DNA of 64,000 nt from NCBI RefSeq assembly GCF_006345805.1, contig NC_043007.1:34968001-35032000 (forward strand). Direction: 5' to 3'. The notes beneath the pieces are model-generated. The model had not been told where the DNA came from and made no database searches. It was given only the letters and a program-made list of their open reading frames with translations. This document shows positions 23,667-35,524 of the stretch, in pieces. This DNA is from Octopus sinensis (Eukaryota). The position numbers were made by a program, and so were the translations under genes. Position 1 is the stretch's first letter, and every line of letters starts with the position of its first letter.

Positions 23667-24264
23667 TATTTCTTTATTGCCCACAGGGAGGCTAAACATA
23701 GAGGGGAGTAAACAAGGACAAAGGGATTAAGTTGATTACATCGATCCCCAGTGCGTAACTGGTATTTAATTTATCGACCCCGAAAGGATGAAAGGCAAAG
23801 TCGACCTCGGCGGAATTCGAACTCAGAACGTAAAGACAGACGAAATATCTATTTCTTTACTACCCACAAGGGGCTAAACATAGAGGGGACAAACAAGGAC
23901 AGACATAGGTATTAAGTTGATTACATCGACCCCAGTGCGTAACTGGTACTTAATTTATCGACCTCTATAGGATGAAAGGCAAAGTCGACCTCGGCGGAAT
24001 TTGAACTCAGAACGTAGCGGCAGACGAAATACCTATTTCTTTACTACCCACAAGGGGCTAAACGCAGAGAGGACAAACATGGACAGACAATCGGATTAAG
24101 TTGATTATATCGACCCCATTGCGTAACTGGTACTTAATTTATCGACCCCGAAAAGATGAAAGGCAAAGTCGACCTCGGCGGAATTTGAACTCAGAACGTA
24201 ACGGCAGACGAAATACCGCTGAGCATTTCGCCCGGCGTGCTAACGTTTCTGCCAGCTCGCCGCC
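23667..24264 (-). repeat. Tandem array of 3 SINE family B units, inverted relative to 22130-23410
   Basis: Same GAAATA|GGTATTTC junction on the minus strand; head at 24190-24264. Confidence 0.9.
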
Positions 24265-24635
24265 TTATTATTTCTGCCACATTATTTTCTGTAAAGAAGA
24301 GACCACAGCCCTTATTGCTTCTGAGTATTAATTATTCTTCTATCACTACTTTTGGTGAGAAATCAATGAATTTTCAAGTGCGGATGGGGAGGATATTCAC
24401 TGTTGCTGATTGACCCTTTCCTAATATAGGCGCTGATCACCGCCACAAGCTAATTTTACACACCGGCTTAAAATAACATTGTTTTTTGATTTGCCAACCA
24501 ACTTTCACTACATCTACATCCTCAGTCAACAAACTATTCCAGTAGTTCTCACAACCCAGATGTGAAGCTCTTCTATAAAAATATCGATGTTTAACCTGTT
24601 TATGATGAATCGAGAATAGCGCACAATGTAACCTT

Positions 24636-24688
24636 CTATATCGGAAACTAACGACTATCTATATCGGAAACTAACGACTATCTATATC
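24636..24688. repeat. 23-bp tandem duplication (2.3 copies)
   Basis: CTATATCGGAAACTAACGACTAT repeated. Confidence 0.85.
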
Positions 24689-26069
24689 AGCAAGACCTTG
24701 AAATCATGTTCCGGATCGTTAAAAACAGCTAAGCAGGAATTGAACCTTGAACTCCGCATTCTTCCTCAAGCCTAGCAGCAACTAATTGTCATCTTTACAT
24801 ATGATGTCTCAAGAAACATTCGGGCATTAGATTTGTTGCAGCCAACACAATTCCTAACAAATATCGGACCTGAATAGAAGTAAAATCTAAGAGACTTTAT
24901 GAGGACGTACATATTCAGTCATAATACATTCGGTAGATTCGAACGGGTATATGCTAATCGCTGTTATATTTCGTCATTGGAGAATAGCTACTTTCAGACA
25001 AATGCGTGTCCGTAACACTCAGTCCATTAGCATATGAGAACTTCGAGACAACCGGTGTTTTGACATCGTTGTGTCTCCTCAGTCAAAGCTACCTCGGATT
25101 GACGAATCTAAAAAGAATTGTCGCTTGTAAATTCAGTAAACAAATTATTTGCTGATGCGTGCTATCTGCCAACCGATACTAAGTTGTGTGCACGTGTTCA
25201 CTTTTTTTTTCGCAAACTAGATCCAGTCAGAACTTAAAATTTAGAATTGTATTTAGCCAAAATATATACCGAAAATTGTTATCATCGCACCCGCTGGACG
25301 CTACAAGTTTGTGCACATTATATATATTGGTCTTCGGGGCACATGATACATTGGTCTTTCATTCTTACGAGATAGATAAAATAAGTACCAGTTGAGTACT
25401 GGGGTCGATAAAGTAAGTACCATTTGAGCACTGAGATCGATATAATTGACTAAACTCCTCTCCAAAACTGCTGGCCTTGTGCCAAAAATTGAAACCAATA
25501 TTGTACGAATCATAAGTTCTACTGAGAAGGAACGTGAAAAATGGCTTCATTTAACTTATCGGGAAAAAAAGCAGAATTCAACTTAGTGAACAACCTTAAC
25601 AAATGTTTCTGGCACTTAGAACTAATATTCCACAGACTCACAGTGGACAAATACTTGGAATTCGGCCATTGAACAAAAAATTCAAAGCTACTTAAGATTT
25701 TCCAACACGCAATTTATTTTCGTAAATTTAGAAAATTGCTCTTGTTAATTTTTTTTCTTCCCCACTTTTTCCTCATTCTGCGCAAAACACTTAACCGTTG
25801 ACCGATATTCTGTGTCATGAGAAAGAAAAAAAAAGAGAATCAACCTATTAATTGGGATACGAAAAGATTAAATGAAAACTGGCCAAATTTGCAATTTCCC
25901 CACCTTCACCATCGCCGCCACCAAGTTGATTTATTACTGTGTTTATTGATAGACGCATCGGTTGTTGAGATAGTTTGTGATAAATTATTTGGTTTTGCTG
26001 TGATCGTTTACGCCGAGGTAGATTTTACATCTGATTCTTTTGAAGAAGCTATGTCCTTTCAAAAATGTA

Positions 26070-26635
26070 TTGAGTTGTCCGGAAAGTTCGTTCGATTTAT
26101 AGTAGCTTACCTTTCGACTTATTTTAGAACATGGTTGAGTCCATAAAATAGGATTTTGACTACACCTCCATTTAGACCACAGTTTAAGCTATCTTTTCGT
26201 GGAAGAAGGTTTATGTTCCTATAACCTGTGTTAATTCTGTAACCCTTTAAAATGGAAGATAAGAAAGTTCATTTTTGGCACTTGATGCTTTGGGAATCAG
26301 ACAAAAATTGCTGCAGCTTGGCTGGGATGTGTTACCCCACCCTCCATATTCACCAGATATTGCTCGTTCGGACTTCCACTTATTCAGGTCTCTGCAGAAT
26401 AGTCTTAATGGTTAAAATTTCAATTCCTTGGATGACGTAAAAAGATACCTTGATGAATTATTTGCCATGAAACCACCTCAGTTCTGGGAAGAGGGTATTT
26501 TCAAGTTAAAGGAAAGATGGGGACGCATTGTGCAACCAAATGGTTCATATTTGGTTGATTAAAAATGTAATGGCAAGTATTTATTGACCTTTTTCTTTCC
26601 TTTAAAAATCGGCACGAACTTTCCGGACAACCCAA
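26070..26635 (+). mobile_element. Internally deleted mariner (566 bp)
   Basis: TA-flanked TIRs TTGRGTTGTCCGGAAAGTTCGT; N-terminus MEDKKVHF joined to WDVLPHPPYSPDIARSDFHLFRSL. Confidence 0.85.
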
Positions 26636-26727
26636 TATTTAAGAGAGAGAGAGAGAGAGAAAAGGAGAAAGTGAGACAGAAATTTCTCAATAAATTTGAT
26701 ATTTCCTATCAATCACTGAGTGAAACT

Positions 26728-26975
26728 ATAGTGGCGCCCGGCTTAGTGGTCAGAGTGTTAGACTCACAATCAGAAGATTGTGGTTTCGATCCATGGACCA
26801 GGTAATGCGTTGTATTCTTGAGCAAAACACTTTATTTTATGTCCCTCCAGTCAATTCGGCTGGTGAAAATGATTAATCCTGCAAACGGACCGGCGTCCAG
26901 TGTAGGAAGGAATATATTTACCAGAGAAACCGGGACTCTTGCTCTATGGTCCTGACGAACTAACGTGGACTAACA
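26728..26975 (+). mobile_element. tRNA-derived SINE with 13-bp TSD
   Basis: ACTGAGTGAAACT at 26715-26727 and 26976-26988. Confidence 0.75.
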
Positions 26976-26984
26976 ACTGAGTGA

Positions 26985-27157
26985 AACTTTCTTATCTTCC
27001 ATTTTAAAGGGTTACAGAATTAACACAGGTTATAGGAACATAAACCTTCTTCCACGAAAAGATAGCTTAAACTGTGGTCTAAATGGAGGTGTAGTCAAAT
27101 CCTATTTTATGGACTCAACCATGTTCTAAAATAAGTCGAAAGGTAAACTACTATAAA
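26985..27157 (-). mobile_element. Inverted copy of the mariner 5' region
   Basis: Near-identical reverse complement of about 26095-26268. Confidence 0.8.
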
Positions 27158-27189
27158 GTAAACGAAGGTGAGGGAATCAAACACTCACT

Positions 27190-29440
27190 GATGGAGGGGA
27201 AAAAATCAGAAAAGAATGTAACCGCAGGGTAAGAGCAATACCCAAGACAGAGCTAAACGCAAAAAAACAGGATCGAAGCGATTAATACTTTATCTATATC
27301 GGTCGTGATTTACAGTTTCAATATTATTAACTGGTCAAATACTGAAATCTGTAAGCTTGATAGAAAAATTAGAAAATTGTTGGCACTGAATACAATGCAC
27401 CACCCTAAGGCAGATATAGAACGACTTTACCTGCCAAGAAAATTGAGGGTGGCCGTGGACTTTTAAAACTTGAATTGACGATGATGATTACCACAATTGG
27501 CCTGAAAAACTCTGATGATTGGATGTTAAAATTTGTCTTAAAGCATGAAAAAAGAAAACCTCATATTCAATTGCAAAACAGGTAAAGAAATATCGAAATG
27601 AATTCCAAATGCAGCAAATCCTACAATTAGATGCATTGGAAACAAGCACAGAAAAAGCTAAATGTCTGAAAAAGCTAAACGTATGAAAATTATTGCCTTG
27701 AAAATTCTTGCTGATAAATGGCAAGAAAAACCTGTCATTTGGCAAATATCCAAAGAGAGTTAATAATGCTGATGTTGATAAAGCCCTTACCCATCAATGG
27801 TTAGCGTCTTCAGAGTCAGAACGGTTTATCATAACAGCCCAAGATCAATGCCTACCTACAAGGTAGTCATATCGATGAGGAAGCCTGATTTTTGTCTGAA
27901 GTCTCTCAATATAATAACTGAATTATTTGTATGGTGACAACATGATCGATGGTTTCATTTCGTTATTTATGTACGCGAAATGTTGGGCTACTGCCGTTCT
28001 TTAATATGTTGGCCTGGTAACTCCTTGTAGGTAGGCATTGGTTTTGGGTATCTACCTAACATATTAAAGAACGGCAGTAACCCAACATGTCGTGTATGTA
28101 AACAACAGACTGAAACTATCGATCATGTTGTCTCCATGTGCAGCCTTCTTGCGCCTACAGAGTATCTCAATAGATAGAACGGCAGAGTATATTTACTGAG
28201 TAATTTGCAAAGCCCTGGATCTGCCCCATGATAAAACTGGTAGGAACACAAACCACCTCCAGTATACTTGAAAATGATGACATCTCACCCCTTTGGAACT
28301 TTAATGTTTAAACTGACAGAAAGATAGATGCCCAAAATCAATGCCTACCTACAAGGAGCTACCAGGCCAACAAATTAAAGAACGGCAGTAGCCCAACATT
28401 TAGTGTATGTAAACAACAAAATGAAACCATCGATCATGTTGTCACCATGCGAATAGGCCAGTTATTATATTGAGAGACTTCAGACAAAAATCAGGCTTCC
28501 TCATCGATATGACTATCCCAATCGACATAAATGTATCTGTCAAGACCTACCAAAAACGGAGCAAATATAAAGACCTTGAAATAGAAATTGGCAAAAAGTG
28601 GAACATTTAGACAAAACAACGCCTGTTATCATAGGTGCCCTAGGAATGATAGCAAAAGGAATTAATTCCTATCTGTCTCAGATACCAGGAAATCCATAAA
28701 TAGAAGAAATTCAAAAAATTGTGCTCATAGGAACTGCTCATATACTACAAAAAATATTGTGTATGTAATTCCCAAATCATTTTAATTGTAAACATTGTCG
28801 CAGGAGTGGCTGTGTGGTAAGTAGCTTGCTAACCAACCACATGGTTCTGGGTTCAGTCCCACTGCGTGGCATCTTGGGCAAGTGTCTTCTGCTATAGCCC
28901 CGGGCCGACCAATGCCTTGTGAGTGGATTTGGTAGACGGAAACTGAAAGAAGCCTGTCGTATATATGTATATATATGTATATATGTGTGTGTCTGTGTTT
29001 GTCCCCCTAACATTGCTTGACAACCGATGCTGGTGTGTTTACGTCCCCGTCACTTAGCGGTTCGGCAAAAAAAAAGAGACCGATAGAATAAGTACTGGGC
29101 TTACAAATAATAAGTCCCGGGGTCGATTTGCTCGACTAAAAGGCGGTGCTCCAGCATGGCCGCAGTCAAATGACTGAAACAAGTAAAAGAGTAAAAGAGT
29201 ATTGTCAAGACTACTTTTAAATTTACATAATAGCAAACAACTACTGTCATTTTAAGATCTCTCTATCTTCTTATCACCAAATTACTTTTAAACTAACAAT
29301 ACTCTGTGTAAAACCAAAAATATGACACCCTAATCATAATACCAACTTGAACTTCTAACTTGTTACCTTTTGAGGGTTCTAGGTAAGACTTAAAGTCAAC
29401 TTGCACAAATACAAAGCAAAAGCCAAATATATAATAAATA
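27190..29440 (+). pseudogene. R4/Dong LINE 3' half (family C-like), internally rearranged, with nested SINE A
   Basis: MHHPKADIERLYLP, AQDQCLPT, ETIDHVVS; 3' UTR matches 36600-36720. Confidence 0.75.
28800..29200 (+). mobile_element. SINE family A, full length
   Basis: Complete layout; ATTGTC repeated at both ends. Confidence 0.85.
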
Positions 29441-29499
29441 CAGATAAGAAGATAGAAAAAACTAAACCAGATATAACAATAAAAGACAAGAAAAATCAA

Positions 29500-29775
29500 A
29501 GTTTCTTAGTGATTGATTCATCATATATAATTTCAGGACTGTAAGGAAAAAAGACGAAACATTTTAAAAAATACAATCTCTTAAAGTTTGAAATTGCGAG
29601 AATTTGGAATATGAACGTTGTAGAGGTTGTGCCTATGCATTAAGAATTGTGCGTAAAGATATGGATAAATGGTTAAAGGAAATTGGAATGGAATGTCCAG
29701 TAGAGCTTCTACAGAAAGTTTGCTTCTTAAGAACGGGAAAGATTATCAGAAGTATTTTGAGCACCAGTCAGTGAC
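29500..29775 (+). pseudogene. R4/Dong C-terminal fragment
   Basis: KFEIARIWNMNVVEVVP...WLKEIGMECPVELLQKVCFLRTGKIIRSIL. Confidence 0.6.
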
Positions 29776-29823
29776 TCTCATGGCTTCTGATCTTAACTGA
29801 TCGGAAGTGTTAACAAGTACATG

Positions 29824-30150
29824 TTTTGTCTTGGAGTAAAAGATGGGCTACAGCAAATATTCTGCTTAATACCACAGATTTGATTGAGCTTTACTAGTTG
29901 AGCATGTTCTTAAATGTATCACTGATCACGAGCACAAGTAGTGGGGGAGCATCATACCCAAGTGTTGAACGGAATTCTTTAAAGTTCGAATAATTCACTC
30001 CTAGAAACATGGGTGTTTCGTTCATCATCCTTAAACAATCCTTATTCAGGGACCTTTTGAGCGGGACGGGATACTCTACCTGAAATAAAAATTCTAACTG
30101 GGCGCCGCCTCCAAGGTTATTTGCCGTTTATCTCCATATGACATTACTAT
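29824..30150 (+). mobile_element. Family F copy, diverged and lacking the tail end
   Basis: Reverse complement of about 16170-16512. Confidence 0.6.
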
Positions 30151-30154
30151 ATCG

Positions 30155-30800
30155 CGTGCCGGAGTGGAAGAGGCACGGCGTGGCAATAAATCTACGATCC
30201 GATCCTTGCCGGACCACGAAAAGCAAATGATAACTGACCCGAGACAGATGTGTGCGACCTTTCAGCGGCGCTTCGCTCAACTGTTCGGGAGCAGCGGTCA
30301 GTCGGGTCGCAGGATGGATTTCACGTCCTACCTCGACGGGCTGCCGCGGCTCTCGGCGACGGAGGTGGAGCGCTGCGAAAAGTCGAAAACAGCCTTTGAA
30401 ATACGGGAACCAATGGCTAGCTGCACAAGGGTTAAATCACCTAGTTTGGATGCTCTGCCATACAAGTTTTACGCTTACATGCCAGACTTGTTCAGCGACC
30501 TCTTAGCAAACGTTTGCTGCAACTGGCAACAGAATTTGAGAATTCCCAGTTTTGTGAGTCGAGGAATGGTGACGATGCTGAGAAAAGACCCGAACAAGGG
30601 GGATTGTATTGAGAACTTTAGGCCCATAACTCTGCTAAATGCAGAGTTCAAAATTTTGGCCAAGATGATAGCTACGAAGTTGGTACTTGTTGTCGGGTAT
30701 CTGATAGGGAAGGCACAGATATGTGCCATCCCGAAAAGACCCTTCCACGACAATCTCCACCTCATCTGATACATCACTGAGAAAGTAACTAAAGAAGCTG
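30155..30800 (+). pseudogene. Tx1/L1-clade RT N-terminal fragment
   Basis: ORF 30164-30769: KSPSLDALPYKFY, NFRPITLLNAEFKILAK, QICAIPKR...DNL. Confidence 0.85.
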
Positions 30801-31920
30801 GTATCAAAGTTATGGAAGTTATCAAAGATAGTTACATTGTTACCTTCAACGACTAACTCAGGATGATGTTCATACCAGTAAGCAGGAGTGTTGATTATGT
30901 ATTATTTACATATTTTCCAATGCAAATACTTTCCTACCCTATCGTAGCGACTTTTGTATTCGTTTGGTATTAGCACGGAACATCCCGAGACGAGATGGTC
31001 TATTCTTTCGTCAAATGTGTCGCAGAATCTACATTTAGGGTCAGAACCGTTTTGAAGAACATTAGCCTGATAATTTCTTGTAAGCAAGGTTTGATCTTGT
31101 GCGCCAATATGAAACCTTCTGGCTCTGCTTTCAGTCCTGAATTTCTCAGTCACTGATTGGTTGTTGCTTGGTCAACATCTGCGTTTCGACTTTAAAGAAT
31201 ATACTGTCCATGCAGGGGCTTCTGTCTCAACCGCTCCTCATTTTGTTTCTGCTCTTTCTTTTTTGCGGTCTGCTTGATCTGTTTTGCTTGTTTGGTGGCA
31301 GTGGTTTCAGGTTTTACATCTAATTCAGGGTTAATACCAAGTTCCCTTGCGAATTTTCAAGCTTCCTTGACAATTGAATATGACTTTTTACTGCTTTCGG
31401 GTTTGCACACAAGCCTCAACTTTCAGACCTCTGTATTAGATAAGGAGCTGTTCATTGCTATTGTGGAGGTCTTATAGCACAGTTCTACTTCCATCATTCC
31501 TCTTCCCCCATTACTTCTAGGTAGGTACACACGATCAACGTCTACTTTTGGATGGTACATGTTCTTAGATGTTAGTAGTTTTTTGTCTTCCTGCCCAGGT
31601 GTTGGAGCTCCGTAGGATTCCAGTTAATGATGTTAAAACTGTATTGGACTATTGGAAGTACCAGGGTGTTAATGGCTTCCATGCGATTTTTCGAACTGAA
31701 TTCAGGTTTCTGTATATAAGTCTTATTCTCTTGTAATACTCCTTTCTTATTTTTCTTTCATAGTAGCATGTTATATACCATCTTCTTCGTTTATCCCCAG
31801 GTATTCATAACTTTCTCATGGGTCAAGTGCCTTGATGGTAGTGTCGGTGTCTAATCTAATGGAAGTTTTATTTACATTATTTACATTTGACGGATATTTG
31901 TCCCCATCTCGTTTGTTGTT

Positions 31921-31966
31921 AACACAACGTTTCGGTTGATATACTCTCCAGCCTCCATCAGGTGTC
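31921..31966 (-). ncRNA. Minimal hammerhead motif, slightly decayed
   Basis: gacac CUGAUGG a GGCUG-10nt-CAACC GAAA C GU U guguu; A9>G and one stem II mismatch. Confidence 0.55.
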
Positions 31967-32029
31967 TTGGGGGAAATTTCGAACCTGGGTTCTCATTCCA
32001 AATGTAAATAATGTAAATAATGTACATAA

Positions 32030-32421
32030 TCTCTCTCTATATAAAGCTGATGTTGTCTGTGTAAGGCAGGTTTGGTAGCCTTCAACTAACACTATATCTC
32101 CTCCGAGACCCTGCGGCGCAAGTTGACCAAAATTGAGAGTGTGGTAAAAGAAGGCTTGCTCTTCCTTCCGTAGAAGATAAAATTCAAATCGGACCATGTT
32201 AACACTAAAAATTATTTACATCAAAAAGGTGCTTTTTCTATGAAAATCCCTATTTTATACGATTTTTTGACTGCTGTGTCGCCATTTTTCGGTGTATTTC
32301 AACCAGAAAAATGTTCACTTAAAGAGAATAACAAGCTACATAATGCAAAATTTTTACTTTTCAAAAATTCCACTTCTAAAGGGTCGAAACAAACACGAGC
32401 AACGCCGGGCGATACTGCTAG
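32030..32421 (+). mobile_element. Non-autonomous Helitron-type element
   Basis: Inserted between A and T; 5' TC, 3' GAGCAACGCCGGGCGATACTGCTAG; no TSD. Confidence 0.8.
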
Positions 32422-32635
32422 TTCATCTCTAAAATATAGAACTATATTAATGGATGTTGTTTGCTTCAGCTTGCCTCTTACAAAAGTTGCTTTAGCACAC
32501 TTATCGAGGCCAAAATCCATCCCGATGCCATTGCCGAACTCTTTAACAGTTGTTAACAACCCTACTAGCTCTTGGTCATTTCTAGCAAACACCTTCAGGT
32601 TGTCCATATAAAACAGATGGTTAATTATAGTTATA

Positions 32636-33034
32636 TCTTTATATATAAAAGTAAGGTTGTGTGTCTGTCTCCTACGATTTAGATTCCTAACTACTCCCAC
32701 ATTTTGCGGTGCAGTTTAACCAAAACCAGGTATCTTATAGTCGTGATTCATATCGAGCCCTTCTGGGTATTAGCGCGCGCGTCTACGATAAGTCTACGAT
32801 TTTAAAAATAATTTACCATCATTTTTTTCCATTTTAATGCATTTTTTCGCTATTATATAAGGGAAGTAACTCTCTAAGAATGTCTACGATGAGTCAACGA
32901 TTTAAAAAAAAATTTACCATAATTTTTTTTCCATTTTTAATGCATTTTTTTGCTATTTTTTGGCTATAACTCTCTAAAAATGCTTTATAGTTATTTCCCT
33001 TACAAACCCGAGCAACGCCGGGCGATACTGCTAG
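32636..33034 (+). mobile_element. Non-autonomous Helitron-type element
   Basis: A^TC...CTAG^T termini; second copy at 50105-50500. Confidence 0.85.
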
Positions 33035-33168
33035 TATTTATTATAGTTATAAATTTCGTACCAATAACTGGTGTAATTCTGATCGTTTGAGAGTGCGATC
33101 AGTGCCATGCAAAAGAGTAATGTGTAGAGTGATCCACCTTGAAAGATGCTCCGCTTGATGTTGATGTT

Positions 33169-34106
33169 TTCTTCTTCTTCTCCTTCTTCTTCTTCTTCTT
33201 CTTCTTCTTCTTCTTCTTCCTTCTTCTTCTTCTTCCCCTTCTTCTTCTTCCCCTTCTTCTCCTCCTCCGCCTCCTCCTCCTCTTTCTTCTTTTTCTTTTT
33301 CTTCTTCTTTCCTTTCTTCCCCTTCTTCTTCTTCTCCTCCTCCTCCTCTTTCTTCTTCTTCTTCTTCTTCTTCTTTTTCTTCTTCCCCTTCTTCCCCTTC
33401 TTCCCCTTTTCTCCTCCTCCTCCTCCTCCTCCTCATCTTTCTTCTTCTTCCCCTTCTTCTCCTCCTCCTCCTTCTCTTTCTTCTTCTTCTTCTTCCCCTT
33501 CTTCCCCTTCTTCCCCTTCTTCCCCTTCTTCTTCTCTTCCTCCTCCTCCTCCTCCTCTTTCTTCTTCTTCTTCTTCTTCTTCTTCTTCTTCTTCTTCTTC
33601 TTCCCCTTCTTCTTCTTCTTCTCATCAGGACTCACGCCATTAACCACAAAGAATAATCTCTAATTCGAGCCTACTCTAAGCTACTAAGAATGCGTGGGGC
33701 AACTTGAAGATCCATCCACCACAAGCGATAGACTGGCGGTTGCACGGTCGTGAAAACTACGTTGTTATCCTCATCCAGTACACGGTGGCTTTGAACGGGT
33801 GGAGAGCTGAACCATCCTGGGGTACAGAGGATTCGCAATCTAGACTACGGTCTGAAAGTTTACCACCCCATAGTGGGTTTCACCATGGTTCCTCTGCTTT
33901 GTAGCAGAAGTAGGAAGAAATAGTGAGAGAAAGTTGTGGTGAAAGAGAACAGCGGGGTTCACCCACCCCCGCCCGCCCCCGCCGGAGCCTCGTGGAGAAC
34001 AGGTGTTTTGCTCAATAAACACTCACAATGCCCGGTCTAGGAATCTAAACTGCGTTCTTACGACCGCGAGTCCGCTGCCCTAACCACTGGGCCATTGTGC
34101 CTCCAC
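33169..34106 (-). mobile_element. SINE family C, 3' variant iv, with about 450-bp GAA/GAG tail and 10-bp TSD
   Basis: TGTTGATGTT at 33159-33168 and 34107-34116; interrupts Dong RT sequence SNNINIKRSIFQG. Confidence 0.85.
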
Positions 34107-34382
34107 TGTTGATGTTGTTGGATTGGCTTGTCCCATTACTATGGTTTAGGAGGAGACGTGTGTTCCACTTGGCCATGCTACCTTGTAAGAATTTTGAGAC
34201 GACAGAAGAGATATATCTCAAGGGCTTTGAGTAGCCAATTATTAGGGATACTATCAAACGCTTTCCTGTAGTCTATCCATGCCATATTCAGGTTCTTTTT
34301 GCTTCGGCAATTTTCGACAGTCATTTTATTTATGAGTAATTGATTTTTGTACCCAAAAGAATTTCTTTTACAACCTTTTTTA

Positions 34383-34535
<153 letters not shown>

Positions 34536-34537
34536 AC

Positions 34538-34846
34538 TGAGTGAGAGAGAGCAGTGCATGCCATCAAAGTGACACTGGGGTAAAATATACGAATTCCAGT
34601 ATACCCATCATGACTACCAGTCTGATAAGGGCACACTAGGCACATGCATCACAACCATATGTGCGCGACATAGTGATCCCATATCAAGATAAACAGCACA
34701 TGACCTTGCATGTGGGGCCCAGTTAGAATTTTCTTCAGGTCGAGTATCCCATCCTGCTCAAAAGTTATTGAATAAGGGTTGTTTAAGGATGTTGAACGAA
34801 ACAACCATGTTTCCAGAGGTGAATTATCCAAACCCCAAAGAATTCC
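34538..34846 (-). mobile_element. Family F copy between microsatellites
   Basis: Matches 16038-16345; preceded by (TTC)n(TTA)n. Confidence 0.7.
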
Positions 34847-34860
34847 TATTATTATTATTA

Positions 34861-34962
<102 letters not shown>

Positions 34963-34965
34963 AAT

Positions 34966-35006
<41 letters not shown>

Positions 35007-35014
35007 TTATTATA

Positions 35015-35049
<35 letters not shown>

Positions 35050-35129
35050 TATTGTTCTTCTTCTTTTCGTTCTTCTTCTTCTTTTTCTTCTTCTTCTTAT
35101 TATTATTATTGCTATTATTATTATTATTA

Positions 35130-35320
35130 TTACCTCCACCTTCGCCTTGTTTTCAGTTATATTTGTTTGCTTGTTTGTCCGTGAACAAGATATCTCAAGA
35201 ACCGCTCGATGGATTCGGATGAAACTATCAAGGATGATTGGCCCCGTGACTGACACGAACTAATTAGATTTTGGGATCAATCCGGTACCAGACAAGATTT
35301 TTGGATTATTTGTTATATTT
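35130..35320 (+). mobile_element. Helentron-associated (HINE/DINE-like) 5' fragment
   Basis: TTACCTCCACC sub-terminal motif, GTTTG repeats, GATGGATTCGGATGAAAC core. Confidence 0.55.
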
Positions 35321-35524
35321 ACCTTACTTTTCATGATTACGATCTTACGTTGACTTTCAAGTCTTTCTCAATTATCTTCCTTTAGGCTGTTCCCAAAGTT
35401 TTATTTTCGTTTCCTTATTATTAATTTTACTCGCGTCTCTATCTTAGTTAAAACTGATGGATAAAGAAAGCAAAGTACATAAACAAACGGCATCAAAACC
35501 GTTTAGAAATTAATTAACACTAAC

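Larger units (their letters stand above)
31868..32448. mobile_element. PLE terminal-repeat-like fragment containing a hammerhead motif, itself split by a Helitron
   Basis: 18-bp inverted repeat TTTACATTATTTACATTT/AAATGTAAATAATGTAAA; imperfect flanking duplication TAATGGA(A/T)GTT. Confidence 0.55.

Noticed and set aside
24300-25300. Unique-looking sequence (also 9310-9950 and 61480-61730) as possible host exons
   Set aside because: No sustained ORF, recognisable motif or convincing splice pattern; short exons cannot be excluded without RNA-seq.
26950-26992. CUGACGA...GAAAC in a SINE tail (lone CUGACGA also near 61553)
   Set aside because: No stem III or stem I pairing; expected by chance.
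29824-30200. Family F adjacent to Tx1 fragments twice, suggesting a specific target
   Set aside because: The junctions are at different positions in family F.
33047-33663. Four overlapping R/K/E/F/S-rich ORFs resembling protamine-like or acidic proteins
   Set aside because: They are the GAA/GAG tail of a TSD-flanked SINE.
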